Shown one piece after another: positions 16,951 through 26,862 of a stretch of DNA of 64,000 nt. This DNA comes from Candidatus Aenigmatarchaeota archaeon. GTDB lineage: Archaea > Aenigmatarchaeota > Aenigmatarchaeia > GW2011-AR5. Position 1 is the first letter of the stretch. Each line of letters opens with the position of its first letter. A program made the position numbers and the translations under genes. The stretch is taken from NCBI GenBank assembly GCA_016198685.1, contig JACQID010000004.1:32001-96000 (forward strand), read 5' to 3'. The notes under the pieces were generated by a model. The model did not search any database, was not told where the DNA came from, and worked only from the letters and a program-made list of their open reading frames with translations.

Positions 16951-18321
16951 TTGTCGCCCGCTTGCAACATTATAAACGGATATGCGGATAGTAGGCCTAT
17001 GCGGCTCAGAAGAACTGTGGGTGTCTGGGGCGCGACATCCGTAGGAATTGCTAATATCATTGGCGCAGGCATATTCGTACTGAGCGGTGTCGCCGCAGGC
17101 ATTGCCGGGCCATCCGTTATATTATCATTCTTTATCGCAGGCTTCATAGCGTTGATGACCGCGCTCTCGGCAGCCGAACTTTCATCGCTAATAACCGAAA
17201 CAGGTGCCAGTTATGCCTTTACCAAGAAAGCTTTCGGCAGGTTTTGGAGTTTCCTCGTAGGCTGGTTCAAGTATTTTGATTATACTGTCGGTGCCGCCGC
17301 TGTATCCGTAGGCTTTGCAGCGTATTTTGCCGCGTTTTTCGGAATGAACGGGCCCACTGCCTTGGCATTATCGGCCGTTGGCTTGCCGGTCGCGCTTACT
17401 ATTCTGAATCTGATTGGCGTACGTGAAACCGCCCGGGCTACTGCAGCGATGGTTTTTGTTAAAGTCTTTGCGCTAGTCCTGCTTGTGATGCTCGGGATTT
17501 TTTATCTTGGGCAGAATTTCAATGCCTCTCATTATACGCCGTTTTTTGTCAATGGCTTGGGCGGCACACTTGAAGCTGCTGCTGTAGTATTCTTCGCGTT
17601 CCTTGGGTTCAATACCGTGAGCATGATGTCCGAGGAAACGAAAAATCCTGAGAAGACTATTCCGCGTGCATTAATGATAGCTTTTTTCGTCTCATTCATA
17701 CTTTATATGGCAATAGCGGTGGTGGAAATCGGAGTTCTGGACTGGAACACCATGGGATCAACAGCATCTCCCTTGATAGAACTTGCGGCAGCGTTGACGT
17801 CTAACCGGATGTTCATGGACTTTATTGCATTCTCTGCCATGGTAGCAACAGGTTCTGTAGCCCTGAGCTCAATGATAGGTGGCACGAGAACGAGCTATGT
17901 GATGGGGCGCGATGGCCTTCTTCCGCGCCAGTTCGAATCTGTCAGCAAACGGTTCGGAACGCCTTATATTTCCATACTTGTCAGCGGCATGATAATTACA
18001 GTACTTGCAGGACTTTTCGCTGATAATATAGCACTCATAGTTTCAATCGTGAATTTCGGAAGCCTCTTCACTTACATGTTTACTCATTTATCGTTAATAA
18101 GATTGCGCCACCTCATGCCTAAGGCAAAGCGTCATTTCAGAGTTCCCGCTTATCCAGTCGTGCCTATTATCGGAATAATAAGTTGCCTTTTTTTCATGTT
18201 TTATCTCAGTGTTGATGCCAAGGTGGCAGCAATGTTATGGGCAGCTATAGGGATTGTTGCATATGCGGTTTTTCACACTAAAAGAAGCAAAGTTCCTCTA
18301 GGATTTTTAGTCAAGGATTAG
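16951..18321 (+). CDS. APC-family amino acid permease (start probably the ATG of MRLRRT)
   Basis: IIGAGIF, ELSS...TG.SY, FLGF..VS..SEETKNPEKTIPRA and R..Y.MGRDG motifs; 12 TM. Confidence 0.93.
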   Translation: MSPACNIINGYADSRPMRLRRTVGVWGATSVGIANIIGAGIFVLSGVAAGIAGPSVILSFFIAGFIALMTALSAAELSSLITETGASYAFTKKAFGRFWSFLVGWFKYFDYTVGAAAVSVGFAAYFAAFFGMNGPTALALSAVGLPVALTILNLIGVRETARATAAMVFVKVFALVLLVMLGIFYLGQNFNASHYTPFFVNGLGGTLEAAAVVFFAFLGFNTVSMMSEETKNPEKTIPRALMIAFFVSFILYMAIAVVEIGVLDWNTMGSTASPLIELAAALTSNRMFMDFIAFSAMVATGSVALSSMIGGTRTSYVMGRDGLLPRQFESVSKRFGTPYISILVSGMIITVLAGLFADNIALIVSIVNFGSLFTYMFTHLSLIRLRHLMPKAKRHFRVPAYPVVPIIGIISCLFFMFYLSVDAKVAAMLWAAIGIVAYAVFHTKRSKVPLGFLVKD

Positions 18322-18347
18322 GGTATTGTTTCTTAGAATAAATTTAA

Positions 18348-18420
18348 TGGGCCCGCTGTGATTTGAACACAGGCCTCGGCCACCCCAAGGCCGGATCCTA
18401 CCAAGCTAGACTACAGGCCC
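18348..18420 (-). tRNA. tRNA-Pro(GGG)
   Basis: Acceptor GGGCCTG/CGGGCCC, anticodon arm CGGCC-TTGGGGT-GGCCG, T-arm CTGTG-TTCAAAT-CACAG. Confidence 0.95.
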
Positions 18421-18719
18421 CGCATTTTGTATAATTAGTCCGGCAGCAAAATATAAGTATGGATGAAATAACCTGCGTACTTGGGAGGAAGATAGGATTC
18501 ACGAAGGAAAATGGCTACATATCGTGATGCGCCATCCTGAGATGGAAGGCAAGGAGACGGAAATAGCGGAAACTCTCAAGAATGCCGATTTTGTGCAGAG
18601 AAGCGCGTACAGCAGTGATGCGCTTCTCTATTACAGAGGCATCCAAATCAAACGGTATTTTGTGGTTGTGGTGGCTTTGTTTAAATACTTTTAGAAAATT
18701 GAGTATAAGGGTGTTAAAT

Positions 18720-19508
18720 GTGCCTTTAGGTCATGGCGAAATTATTATTCCAAATATGATGGATATGCAATTACTCATGGATATTTATAATGTATCTCCA
18801 AGTAGCCGTAGAGGCCTAGATAGCGGAGAGTTGTCTGCATTGAGAGTAATTTCAAACGCCCCAAAAACGAGTAATGTATTCTACGGAATTGAGATCGGGC
18901 CGTTTGGCGGGCAGACCCGCCCATATACTGCGCATTTTGCGGATCTTCAGCCGCATGACAAGCCCCTTACAATGAGAGAATTAGTGGGGCTGTTCTATGG
19001 ACTTTATGGTGTTGCACCTTCAAATGATGTGATAGACAGTATTGTCCGTATTCAAGATTTGGTGGATCAAGATCGTGCAAATCCGCCATTTTTCCGCAAA
19101 GGATTAACTCCGCATGAATACGCAGATTCTTTAATTGTGGACGGAAGAACATGCATACAAAGACCTATAATACAAATGACTGGTGCTGATAGGATAGACT
19201 ATGCAGGAGGAGATAAATCAAGAATAAAACTCCCGCCCTCGGGATGGGTAGGTGAATTTGATGAGACGGGTCTTCCCTACAAAACTTTCCGTAATAGGCG
19301 TGATGCTGAACAAGCCTTAGGTAATCACGCGCCTTATTTTGACGGCAACTTTCGCAAGAACGGCGCAAATGTTTTAGTGCGAGCTTATAACATGAAAAGA
19401 AAAGCGCCGTTCACAATAACCGCCGTGCCTTTGAATCAACGAGATCCGGAGATAGGCGTACGGAAAACAGCCCTATACATAGCACCTTCTGCAGTTAACG
19501 CTGTTTGA
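18720..19508 (+). CDS. Hypothetical protein (orphan)
   Basis: Long open frame; GTG 18720 after GGGTG, or ATG 18756, is more plausible than the track start 18582. Confidence 0.6.
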   Translation: MPLGHGEIIIPNMMDMQLLMDIYNVSPSSRRGLDSGELSALRVISNAPKTSNVFYGIEIGPFGGQTRPYTAHFADLQPHDKPLTMRELVGLFYGLYGVAPSNDVIDSIVRIQDLVDQDRANPPFFRKGLTPHEYADSLIVDGRTCIQRPIIQMTGADRIDYAGGDKSRIKLPPSGWVGEFDETGLPYKTFRNRRDAEQALGNHAPYFDGNFRKNGANVLVRAYNMKRKAPFTITAVPLNQRDPEIGVRKTALYIAPSAVNAV

Positions 19509-19674
19509 AACGTTGCAGTTTAGCCCTTTTCGTGTTTTAGCGGAAAAGATAGTGCAGGCGTTTGCGATTGATATAATTGATTTACAATAATTAAGTTAGG
19601 CGCCCTTGCGTGCTTTGTTGCCGGATCTTAGCGATAATGCCGATATTCATAAACTCAACGTGACAAAGTATGAT

Positions 19675-20907
19675 ATGACAAATTTGCCGAAGCGTGAATT
19701 ACCTGCCAACAGCGGCTTCTCCGAAGAATTCCGAATCATGGGGACTTTTTACATTATAAACTTCCTTGAAGGGGCGGCAGCTCTCATACTGCCTTATTGG
19801 GTGCTTTATTTCTCGGAAATCGGGCTTTCATTTACCCAGATTTCCCTCTTAATCTCTGCATCATTTATGGCATCGCTTTTCTTTGAGGTTCCTACAGGCA
19901 TCATAGCTGATGTATATGGGCGCAAGGTTTCCGTTGTGCTAAGCTTCTTTCTTTGCGGCTTTGCGTTGATGGCAATATCATTTACGCGAGAATTCGGGAT
20001 TATCGCGGCATTGTTCTTCTTCATGCAGGCATCGAATACATTATCTACAGGAGCATGGGATGCATGGCTGGTTGATTATGCGAAGCGCGAAGGGGGGCGA
20101 AAGCTAGTGAATACGGCAATCTCAAAAGCCCATGCATTCACCCTTGCAGGCACATTTTTAGGGTTTCTAGTTTCCGGCCTCCTCGTTACGGCTATCGGAC
20201 TTTCAATGCTTTGGGTTATTACAGGGTTGCTTACCATGGCAGGAGGAATCTATGCTCTTCTATACGGGAAAGAATATTTCGTTCGGCGCAGAGTAAAGAT
20301 GTCCGATTTACTGAATCATGCTGTTCGGCAAAGTGTAAAGGGCAGCAAATACATGGCATCGCATAATGTGATTTTGTATCTCGTGCTAGGAACCGCATTC
20401 TTAGGTTTTTTCACGGCAGGTGAGATAGCATGGCAGCCCTTCCTCAAAGACATAGGCATGCCAATAGCTTATTTAGGCCCGCTTTTCGCCGTAGCATCGC
20501 TCATAGGAATCATATTCTCTGCATTGAGCCCTACGTTTGTTCGTTTGGTTGGCTCCCAGAGGAATGCTCTCATAATTTCCATTGTCATGATGAGCATATT
20601 ATTCCTAATTATCAGCGTTGTTTCCGATTATTTGCTTGCAGCCGCCATATATGTTGCTTTGGCATCCATAGGGGCTCTATACTATCCTTTGCGCGAGGCG
20701 TATTTCCATAAATTTGTTCCTTCGCATAGCAGGGCAACTATGGGCTCGATAAAGAATGTGGTTTACAGCATCGTGGGCATAATCGCATTATTCATAGGAG
20801 GGGTGATAGCCGATTCCTACGGGCCTCAGGCAGCTTTGGTCGCATGTTCGATATTGATATTGCCTGCGATATTTTTCTATGGAATGATAAAGGAATCAAG
20901 GAAGTGA
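19675..20907 (+). CDS. MFS transporter
   Basis: FEVPTGIIADVYGRK (MFS motif A), GAWDAW, RATMGS; 12 TM. Confidence 0.92.
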   Translation: MTNLPKRELPANSGFSEEFRIMGTFYIINFLEGAAALILPYWVLYFSEIGLSFTQISLLISASFMASLFFEVPTGIIADVYGRKVSVVLSFFLCGFALMAISFTREFGIIAALFFFMQASNTLSTGAWDAWLVDYAKREGGRKLVNTAISKAHAFTLAGTFLGFLVSGLLVTAIGLSMLWVITGLLTMAGGIYALLYGKEYFVRRRVKMSDLLNHAVRQSVKGSKYMASHNVILYLVLGTAFLGFFTAGEIAWQPFLKDIGMPIAYLGPLFAVASLIGIIFSALSPTFVRLVGSQRNALIISIVMMSILFLIISVVSDYLLAAAIYVALASIGALYYPLREAYFHKFVPSHSRATMGSIKNVVYSIVGIIALFIGGVIADSYGPQAALVACSILILPAIFFYGMIKESRK

Positions 20908-20917
20908 TATACGCGGC

Positions 20918-21349
20918 TTATTCTCTGCCCTTTATTTTCATTGCTTCAGGCATTTTATTCTCATCCATGTAGAAAATTTCCCATATATGACCGTCAAGAT
21001 CTTCGAATGCTCCTCCATACATCCATCCACTATCCTCAATCGGCCTGAATTCTCGGCCGCCTGCCTCGATAACTTTCTTCATCATTTCATCGACTGCCTT
21101 TTTGCTATCGAGAGTCAGAGCGTTGAGAACTTCTGTACTTCTTTTCGCATCAGAAATTTCTTTGCCCGGAATAAATGTCTTGAAGAATTTCTCAGCTAAA
21201 AGCATGGCATATATGCCTTTTCCAAGGATAAGACAACCGGCATTTTCATCTGTAAATTCAGGTCTAAAGGTAAATCCAAGTGCGGAGAAAAACTGCTTTG
21301 TTTTGTTAATGTCTTTTACTGGCAGATTGACAAAAATTTCTTTTACCAT
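20918..21349 (-). CDS. VOC/glyoxalase-family protein
   Basis: IFVNLPVKD, FFSALGF, MYG..FEDLDGHIWE motifs. Confidence 0.9.
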   Translation of the reverse strand: MVKEIFVNLPVKDINKTKQFFSALGFTFRPEFTDENAGCLILGKGIYAMLLAEKFFKTFIPGKEISDAKRSTEVLNALTLDSKKAVDEMMKKVIEAGGREFRPIEDSGWMYGGAFEDLDGHIWEIFYMDENKMPEAMKIKGRE

Positions 21350-21395
21350 ATTGATACAACACTTTGAATCTTATTAAAGTTTTATTCTCGAAATA

Positions 21396-21953
21396 TTATT
21401 TACTATTATTTCTGAAACAGGTCTTTAGATGGTCGTTCGTCATGCCTGTTGCCTGCATGAAAGCATAACATATGGTCGAGCCGACAAAGCGAAAACCTCT
21501 TTTTCGCAGTTCTTTGCTGATGGCATCGGATTCATCGCTTGTTGCCGGTATCTGGGAAACCGAAGTAGGAGTTCTATGTTTTTTGTTTGCGAATTTCCAT
21601 ATATATTTGTCAAATGAGCCGAATTCTTTTTGGACGGCAAGAAATGCTCTTGCATTTGTTATTGCAGCCTTGATTTTGAGTTTGTTCCGTATTATCCCGG
21701 GGTTGGAAATAAGCTTCTGAACTTTCTTTTCATTATACTTGGCTATTGTGTTAGCGTCAAAATTATCAAATGCCATGCGGAAATTCTCCCGCTTTTTGAG
21801 TACAGTCGACCAGCTAAGGCCGGCTTGGAAAGCTTCCAGAATAAGGAACTCGAAGAGCTTCTGGTCATTATGCACAGGAACGCCCCACTCCTTGTCGTGA
21901 TAATCTACCATTAAAGTATCCGTGCCGGCCCATTCGCACCTTTGCATGTACAA
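21396..21953 (-). CDS. tag: DNA-3-methyladenine glycosylase I
   Basis: RC.W, YHD.EWG, FQAGLSW, IIRNKLKI, GFRFVG, NDH...C motifs. Confidence 0.95.
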   Translation of the reverse strand: MYMQRCEWAGTDTLMVDYHDKEWGVPVHNDQKLFEFLILEAFQAGLSWSTVLKKRENFRMAFDNFDANTIAKYNEKKVQKLISNPGIIRNKLKIKAAITNARAFLAVQKEFGSFDKYIWKFANKKHRTPTSVSQIPATSDESDAISKELRKRGFRFVGSTICYAFMQATGMTNDHLKTCFRNNSK

Positions 21954-21994
21954 TCTTAGGTGAGAAATTTAAAAAACAAGCGCCAATACATCAT

Positions 21995-22417
21995 ATGAAA
22001 TGGTTTATTATGACTTTGACAGCCGTTATATTGATTATTTTTATCCTGGCGCCCCTTGACGGCAGCGAAGCGGAATTGAGTTCGGTAAGAGTGGGAAACA
22101 TGGAGTACAAAGTGGAAATTGCAGATTCCTATGACGAAAGAACAGCGGGTCTGATGCATAGGCCTTTGCTTGAAGAGGATCATGGAATGTTGTTTGTATT
22201 TCCGAACGAAGATTATCATCCTTTCTGGATGAGGAATACTCTGATACCGTTGGATATAATATTTATATCGGCCGATCTTCGCGTCGTGGATACAGTTTCG
22301 CTCCGGCCATGTGTTGAAACCTGTGAAGCCTATGTGCCTAAAGAGAAGGCCTTATTCGTGCTTGAAGTTAATAGTGGCTCAGGAATAGCGAAAGAAGAAA
22401 ATGTTGTTATAGGATAA
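21995..22417 (+). CDS. DUF192-family exported protein
   Basis: N-terminal TM; EIAD...R..GLM.R, GMLFVF, FWMRNTLIPLDIIFI, VLEVN motifs. Confidence 0.9.
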   Translation: MKWFIMTLTAVILIIFILAPLDGSEAELSSVRVGNMEYKVEIADSYDERTAGLMHRPLLEEDHGMLFVFPNEDYHPFWMRNTLIPLDIIFISADLRVVDTVSLRPCVETCEAYVPKEKALFVLEVNSGSGIAKEENVVIG

Positions 22418-22429
22418 GAGAGCGGATAA

Positions 22430-23032
22430 TTACCCGAGGGCCTTTTGTATGTCACTGAAAACTACGTCAACCGCCCGCATAGCATCTATTGTCTTCAGGA
22501 TTTTCTTTTTCTTGTAATAATCAATGAGCGGTTTCGTTTCTGTGTGATAGATTTCCAGCCTTTTTTCCATTGCCGCTGGCTTGTCATCGTCCCTCTGGTA
22601 TAATTCCCCGCCGCAGGCGCCGCATTTTTTCCTCCCTTCAGAATATATCTTGCCGCAATCCCTGCATTGGCGTCTTTTGGACATCCTCTCGATAGCTATT
22701 CTATCGTCCAATTCAAGAAGTATGGCGGCATCAAATTTTTCATTGAGCATCTCTGCCTGGCGCGTATTGCGGGGAAATCCGTCAAGTACTACGCCTTTGG
22801 AAGAATCTCCCTTTGAAAGCCTTTGCTTGAGTATGCCAACCGTCAATTCATCCGGCACGAGCTTGCCTGCATTCATTATTTCTTTCATTTTCTTGCCGAT
22901 ATCGGTGTTGTTTTTTACTTCTTCCCTCAGAAGATCTCCCATGGAAATGTGAGGGAGTCCGTATTTTTCAGAAAGCATGGACGCTTGAGTTCCTTTGCCA
23001 GAGCCAGGAGGGCCTAGAAGCACGATTTTCAT
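22430..23032 (-). CDS. adk: Adenylate kinase (bacterial type, Zn-LID)
   Basis: GPPGSGKGT, GDLLR, LVPD, LDGFPR, CxxC..CxxC LID, RDDD motifs. Confidence 0.95.
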   Translation of the reverse strand: MKIVLLGPPGSGKGTQASMLSEKYGLPHISMGDLLREEVKNNTDIGKKMKEIMNAGKLVPDELTVGILKQRLSKGDSSKGVVLDGFPRNTRQAEMLNEKFDAAILLELDDRIAIERMSKRRQCRDCGKIYSEGRKKCGACGGELYQRDDDKPAAMEKRLEIYHTETKPLIDYYKKKKILKTIDAMRAVDVVFSDIQKALG

Positions 23033-23041
23033 TGTTCCACC

Positions 23042-23593
23042 TTATTCATCGTATTGAGTTGTTTTGAAAAGTTTATCAACCTTTTCATACAATTCTCCAA
23101 GAGTTCCGTTGTTATTTATCTTGAAATCATCATATTGCAAAGCCTGGGTATATCCCAATTCCTCCTCCCGTTTCTCCTGCCCTTCAAATTCTTCAAGAGT
23201 CTGCGGGTCTCCGGCTCTGCCGCGCGCAAACATCCTTTCAAATCTTTTTTCTGCGTCGGCTTCTATCAGAATTATTTTCATCTTGCGAAACATATTCTTC
23301 AGCGGAAGCACATCACCTTCTGTTCGCATTTCCTTGATAATGATTTTTGGGCCGCTTTCCGCCACTTTTTTCATGATTATGTTCGTAAAATAGTCGCCCC
23401 CGTACCGATCGCGATATTTCTTGCTTACTGCCTGCATGTTAGCCCTGGTTAGTTCAAGGCCCTCTTTTTCGGTCACTTCTTTCACGGCATCCCGGAATGC
23501 GACCACCGCATAGCCGTACTTTCTTGCGATGTATTCGGCAACAGTATCCTTGCCAGCGCCTATTCTCCCGATAATGCCGATTATTTTCTGCAT
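23042..23593 (-). CDS. Dephospho-CoA-kinase-like P-loop nucleotide kinase
   Basis: GRIGAGKDT Walker A; RFERMFARGR.GDP and I.NNGTL motifs. Confidence 0.8.
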   Translation of the reverse strand: MQKIIGIIGRIGAGKDTVAEYIARKYGYAVVAFRDAVKEVTEKEGLELTRANMQAVSKKYRDRYGGDYFTNIIMKKVAESGPKIIIKEMRTEGDVLPLKNMFRKMKIILIEADAEKRFERMFARGRAGDPQTLEEFEGQEKREEELGYTQALQYDDFKINNNGTLGELYEKVDKLFKTTQYDE

Positions 23594-23620
23594 TAGATCA
23601 TTTGCCCTTTAACCCTTAAA

Positions 23621-24465
23621 TCAGAACGAAAGCGCGATTATGCCTGCTACTATGAAAAACAGCGCAAGATATTGATGGCTATCGAGCTTCTCTTTGAGGA
23701 AGAACCGCGCGTAAAGAACGCTGATTACGGGAGCCGCAAATGCAAGCGGCCCTACTATACTGACATCGGCTGCGACAATGCCTGCGTTATATGCTCCCAC
23801 ACCTACAGCCGCAAGAAGGCTTACTATGACTATGCTCTTTGCAGCTTTTCCGTTTATAGGCTTCAATTTACCCGTTCCGACCGCAATCAACGCCGCAAAA
23901 CCCCCTACACCTGCCTGCGTCACAATTGCGGTAAACATCGGCCCCATTCCGGAAGCAGGATACTTCAAAAGAAAGAAATATGCGCCCCACAAGATAGATG
24001 TGATAAGAGCGTAATGCACGCCTGCGTGACCGTTCTTCAGGTCGCCGGGCTTAAGAGACACAAGTATTACTCCAAAAATTATGGCAGCTACTGAAAGAAG
24101 CTGCAGCCCGGCAAGGACTTCTCCAAGAATCAGACCGAAAATATCGCAGTAAACACACCGGCAGAATTTGCAACAGGCACGATGACGCCTATTTTACCAG
24201 CTTCCAACGCCTTATAGAATGTGAACAATGGCGCAACGCCAAGAAGGGCTATTCCCATGGCTATGATTATATGCTCTATTGACAATATGAAACCTGCAGG
24301 ATATAGCAGAAATGCTGGGACAAGCAACGCTGCGCTTATCAATGACTGGTATACGATGAGGTTCAGTTCGCCGGTCTTTTTTACGACGTTTTGAACCAAT
24401 GCATTGTTAAGGCCGAACCCTATCATGGCAAGAATACCAAGCAGTATTCCGGTCTCGGCAGCCAT
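23621..24465 (-). pseudogene. EamA/DMT transporter split by a 1-nt frameshift near 24131
   Basis: Adding one C (TCG GTC [C]TG ATT CTT GGA GAA) joins both ORFs into ...IFSVLILGEVLAGLQLLSVAAIIFGVILVSLKPG..., a full two-repeat EamA. Confidence 0.8.
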
Positions 24466-24515
24466 CTTATGAAATGGCATCGTGGCGTTTTAAAGCATCG
24501 CTGGTAATTAGGATA

Positions 24516-25337
24516 ATGTCGCTGCGCGACCTTTTGATAAAGAAATTGGGAAAAAGCGAAGTTGCGTTGGTGCCTTCTTCTTTTGACGTTATCGGCAACC
24601 GTGATAAGGCAGTTGCTATAATAGAGATTCCTGAAGAATTGCGGAAAAAGAAAAAGATCATAGCAGAAGCTCTGATGGAACAGCATCCTAATGTGAAAAC
24701 AGTTCTTGAGAAGGCGTCCCCAAGAAAGGGGGTCTATCGCACCCGCACGCTAAAAATCATCGCGGGCTCGCGCAAGACTGAAGTCATGCATATTGAGAAT
24801 GGGTGCCGTTTCTTTGTAGATCCTCGCAAGGCATATTTCTCCCAGAGAGAAGCAACTGAACGGGCGCGGGTTGCAAGTGAAATCCATGAAGGCGATGCAA
24901 TAATGGTATTTTTTGCCGGCGTAGGTGCTCTGCCTATCTTAATGGCAAAAAAGGCGCGGCTAGCGCGTTGCGTCGGAATAGAGATAAATCCAGATGCCGT
25001 GGAATCTTTCAGGAAAAATATGATCCTGAATAAGACTGCCAATATTGAAGCCGTGTTAGGGGACGTCAGGGAGAAGCACATGGCATATAAGGATAGTTTT
25101 GACAGGGTTCTTATGCCGCTTCCGGAAACAAGCGAAGAGTTCCTGGCCGAGGCATTGTCTGTTCTGAAGCGGGGCGGCATTGCAAGCGTTTATTTTTTCG
25201 CAGCCGAAACAGAATTAAAGGAGCGGGAGAAAGATATTGCAGGCAAGCTCAACGGGACAGTATTCAAAACAGTCCGGGTCTTGCCATATGGGCCGAGGAT
25301 ATGGAAATACCGGACTGATGTGGTAGTGAAAAAATGA
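24516..25337 (+). CDS. trm5: Trm5-family tRNA (m1G37) methyltransferase lacking the D1 domain
   Basis: FDVIG, HIENGCRF.VD...YFS, FFAGVG, EINP, RVLMPLP motifs; likely start MSLRD. Confidence 0.8.
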   Translation: MSLRDLLIKKLGKSEVALVPSSFDVIGNRDKAVAIIEIPEELRKKKKIIAEALMEQHPNVKTVLEKASPRKGVYRTRTLKIIAGSRKTEVMHIENGCRFFVDPRKAYFSQREATERARVASEIHEGDAIMVFFAGVGALPILMAKKARLARCVGIEINPDAVESFRKNMILNKTANIEAVLGDVREKHMAYKDSFDRVLMPLPETSEEFLAEALSVLKRGGIASVYFFAAETELKEREKDIAGKLNGTVFKTVRVLPYGPRIWKYRTDVVVKK

Positions 25338-25921
25338 AATTCTATCTTGTCACGGGCATTGTAGCGGGGTTTCTTGCTATATATGCGCTTTCCATCGTTA
25401 CCGGCAATGCAGTTGCGGAAGCTCAAACGCATTCTTTGCCCCGAATACCAGAACCTGTAATCGAAGAAAGATTTTATCATGCGCATGCCGATTTCAAGGT
25501 TTTCATTGACGGCAATGAAATGGATTTTGCAAGAAAGAAATATGACTACAAGGACCATAATATCCACCTGCACATCAACAATCCCTATGGCGGCTATGTC
25601 ATGCATCTTGAAGGTGGCGGCGCTGAGCTTGCAAATTTCTTTGCGTCGCTGGGGATGATATTCAATTCAACATGTTTTGCGACCGAAACGGAAAGCTACT
25701 GCAATACTGGATTCTCCAAGTTGCGGATGCTCGTGAACGGCAAGGAGAACCAGGATTACGGCAGTTACATACCCCAGGATCTTGACAGAATTCTGGTAAC
25801 TTACGGTAACCAGACTGAAGAGGAAATAAGCTCTCAGAAAAACTCGATAACTTCTGTTTCCTGCGCCTTTTCGGGCGTTTGCGCGATACCTGAGGAACTT
25901 GTAGGGGTGGAGCTTCTTTAG
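25334..25921 (+). CDS. Membrane-anchored hypothetical protein
   Basis: N-terminal TM; HAHADF and IHLH..HLE His clusters. Confidence 0.75.
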   Translation: MKFYLVTGIVAGFLAIYALSIVTGNAVAEAQTHSLPRIPEPVIEERFYHAHADFKVFIDGNEMDFARKKYDYKDHNIHLHINNPYGGYVMHLEGGGAELANFFASLGMIFNSTCFATETESYCNTGFSKLRMLVNGKENQDYGSYIPQDLDRILVTYGNQTEEEISSQKNSITSVSCAFSGVCAIPEELVGVELL

Positions 25922-25977
25922 ATATTTTTAAATATTTGCAGGCCGAAGGTATGAGAAAGTATGAAAGAGGTGTTTAA

Positions 25978-26862
25978 ATGGAACTTTTGATTTTGGCGTT
26001 CGACCACAGAGGCTCATTCCTCGAAAAGATGTTCGGTATAAAGGCAAGGGAGCCGACTCAGGAGGAGACAGAAACAATCTGTGATTACAAGAGGATGATT
26101 TACGAAGGCTTTGTTGAGTCCGTGAGAGACAAAAAAGAGGGCAGAGGCATACTAGTCGATGAGCAGTTCGGGTCGGGGATACTTGAGGATGCCAAGAAAA
26201 ACGGCATAATATTTGCCATGCCTTGCGAAAAATCCGGTCAGGACGAGTTCGATTTTGACTATGGCTCAGCTTTCCCGGTGCATATACAGAAATTCAATCC
26301 GGACTATGTGAAAGTGCTTGTCAGATTCAATCCGGAAGGAAACGACGAGATAAATTTCAGGCAGATGGAGAAATTAAAGAAGCTGGATAATTACCTCAAA
26401 CTTTCCGGAAGAAAATTACTTTTTGAGCTGCTTGTCCCTGCAACAGAAAGGCAGCTTGCAGGCGGCAAAGAAAAATATGATGCAGAAATAAGACCAAAGC
26501 TCATGGTAAGGGCCATGAAGATGATACAAGATTATGCAATCGAACCTGATATATGGAAACTTGAAGGTGTTGACAAGGCTGAAGATTCTCAAGCTCTTGT
26601 GACCCAGGCTCAAGCGAGCGGCAGGAATGCGGGCGTTGTGACGCTCGGCCGCGGCGAAAGCAAGGAGAAAGTAGCAGAGTGGCTGAAGGTTGGTGCCAAG
26701 ATTCCCGGCATAATCGGGTTTGCTGTCGGCCGGACGATATTCTGGGAACCGCTTGAAGGGTACAAAAATAATAAATTCTCACGAGACGATGCTGTGCGTA
26801 TGATAGCTGACAATTATTCCGGATTTGTGAAACTTTGGCAGGATGAAAAGAATGGACAATGA
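25978..26862 (+). CDS. DUF2090 / LacD-like class I aldolase-fold protein
   Basis: LAFDHRGS, ILVDEQFG, VKVLVR.NP, PDIWKLEG (Schiff-base-type Lys), GFAVGRTIF motifs. Confidence 0.85.
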   Translation: MELLILAFDHRGSFLEKMFGIKAREPTQEETETICDYKRMIYEGFVESVRDKKEGRGILVDEQFGSGILEDAKKNGIIFAMPCEKSGQDEFDFDYGSAFPVHIQKFNPDYVKVLVRFNPEGNDEINFRQMEKLKKLDNYLKLSGRKLLFELLVPATERQLAGGKEKYDAEIRPKLMVRAMKMIQDYAIEPDIWKLEGVDKAEDSQALVTQAQASGRNAGVVTLGRGESKEKVAEWLKVGAKIPGIIGFAVGRTIFWEPLEGYKNNKFSRDDAVRMIADNYSGFVKLWQDEKNGQ

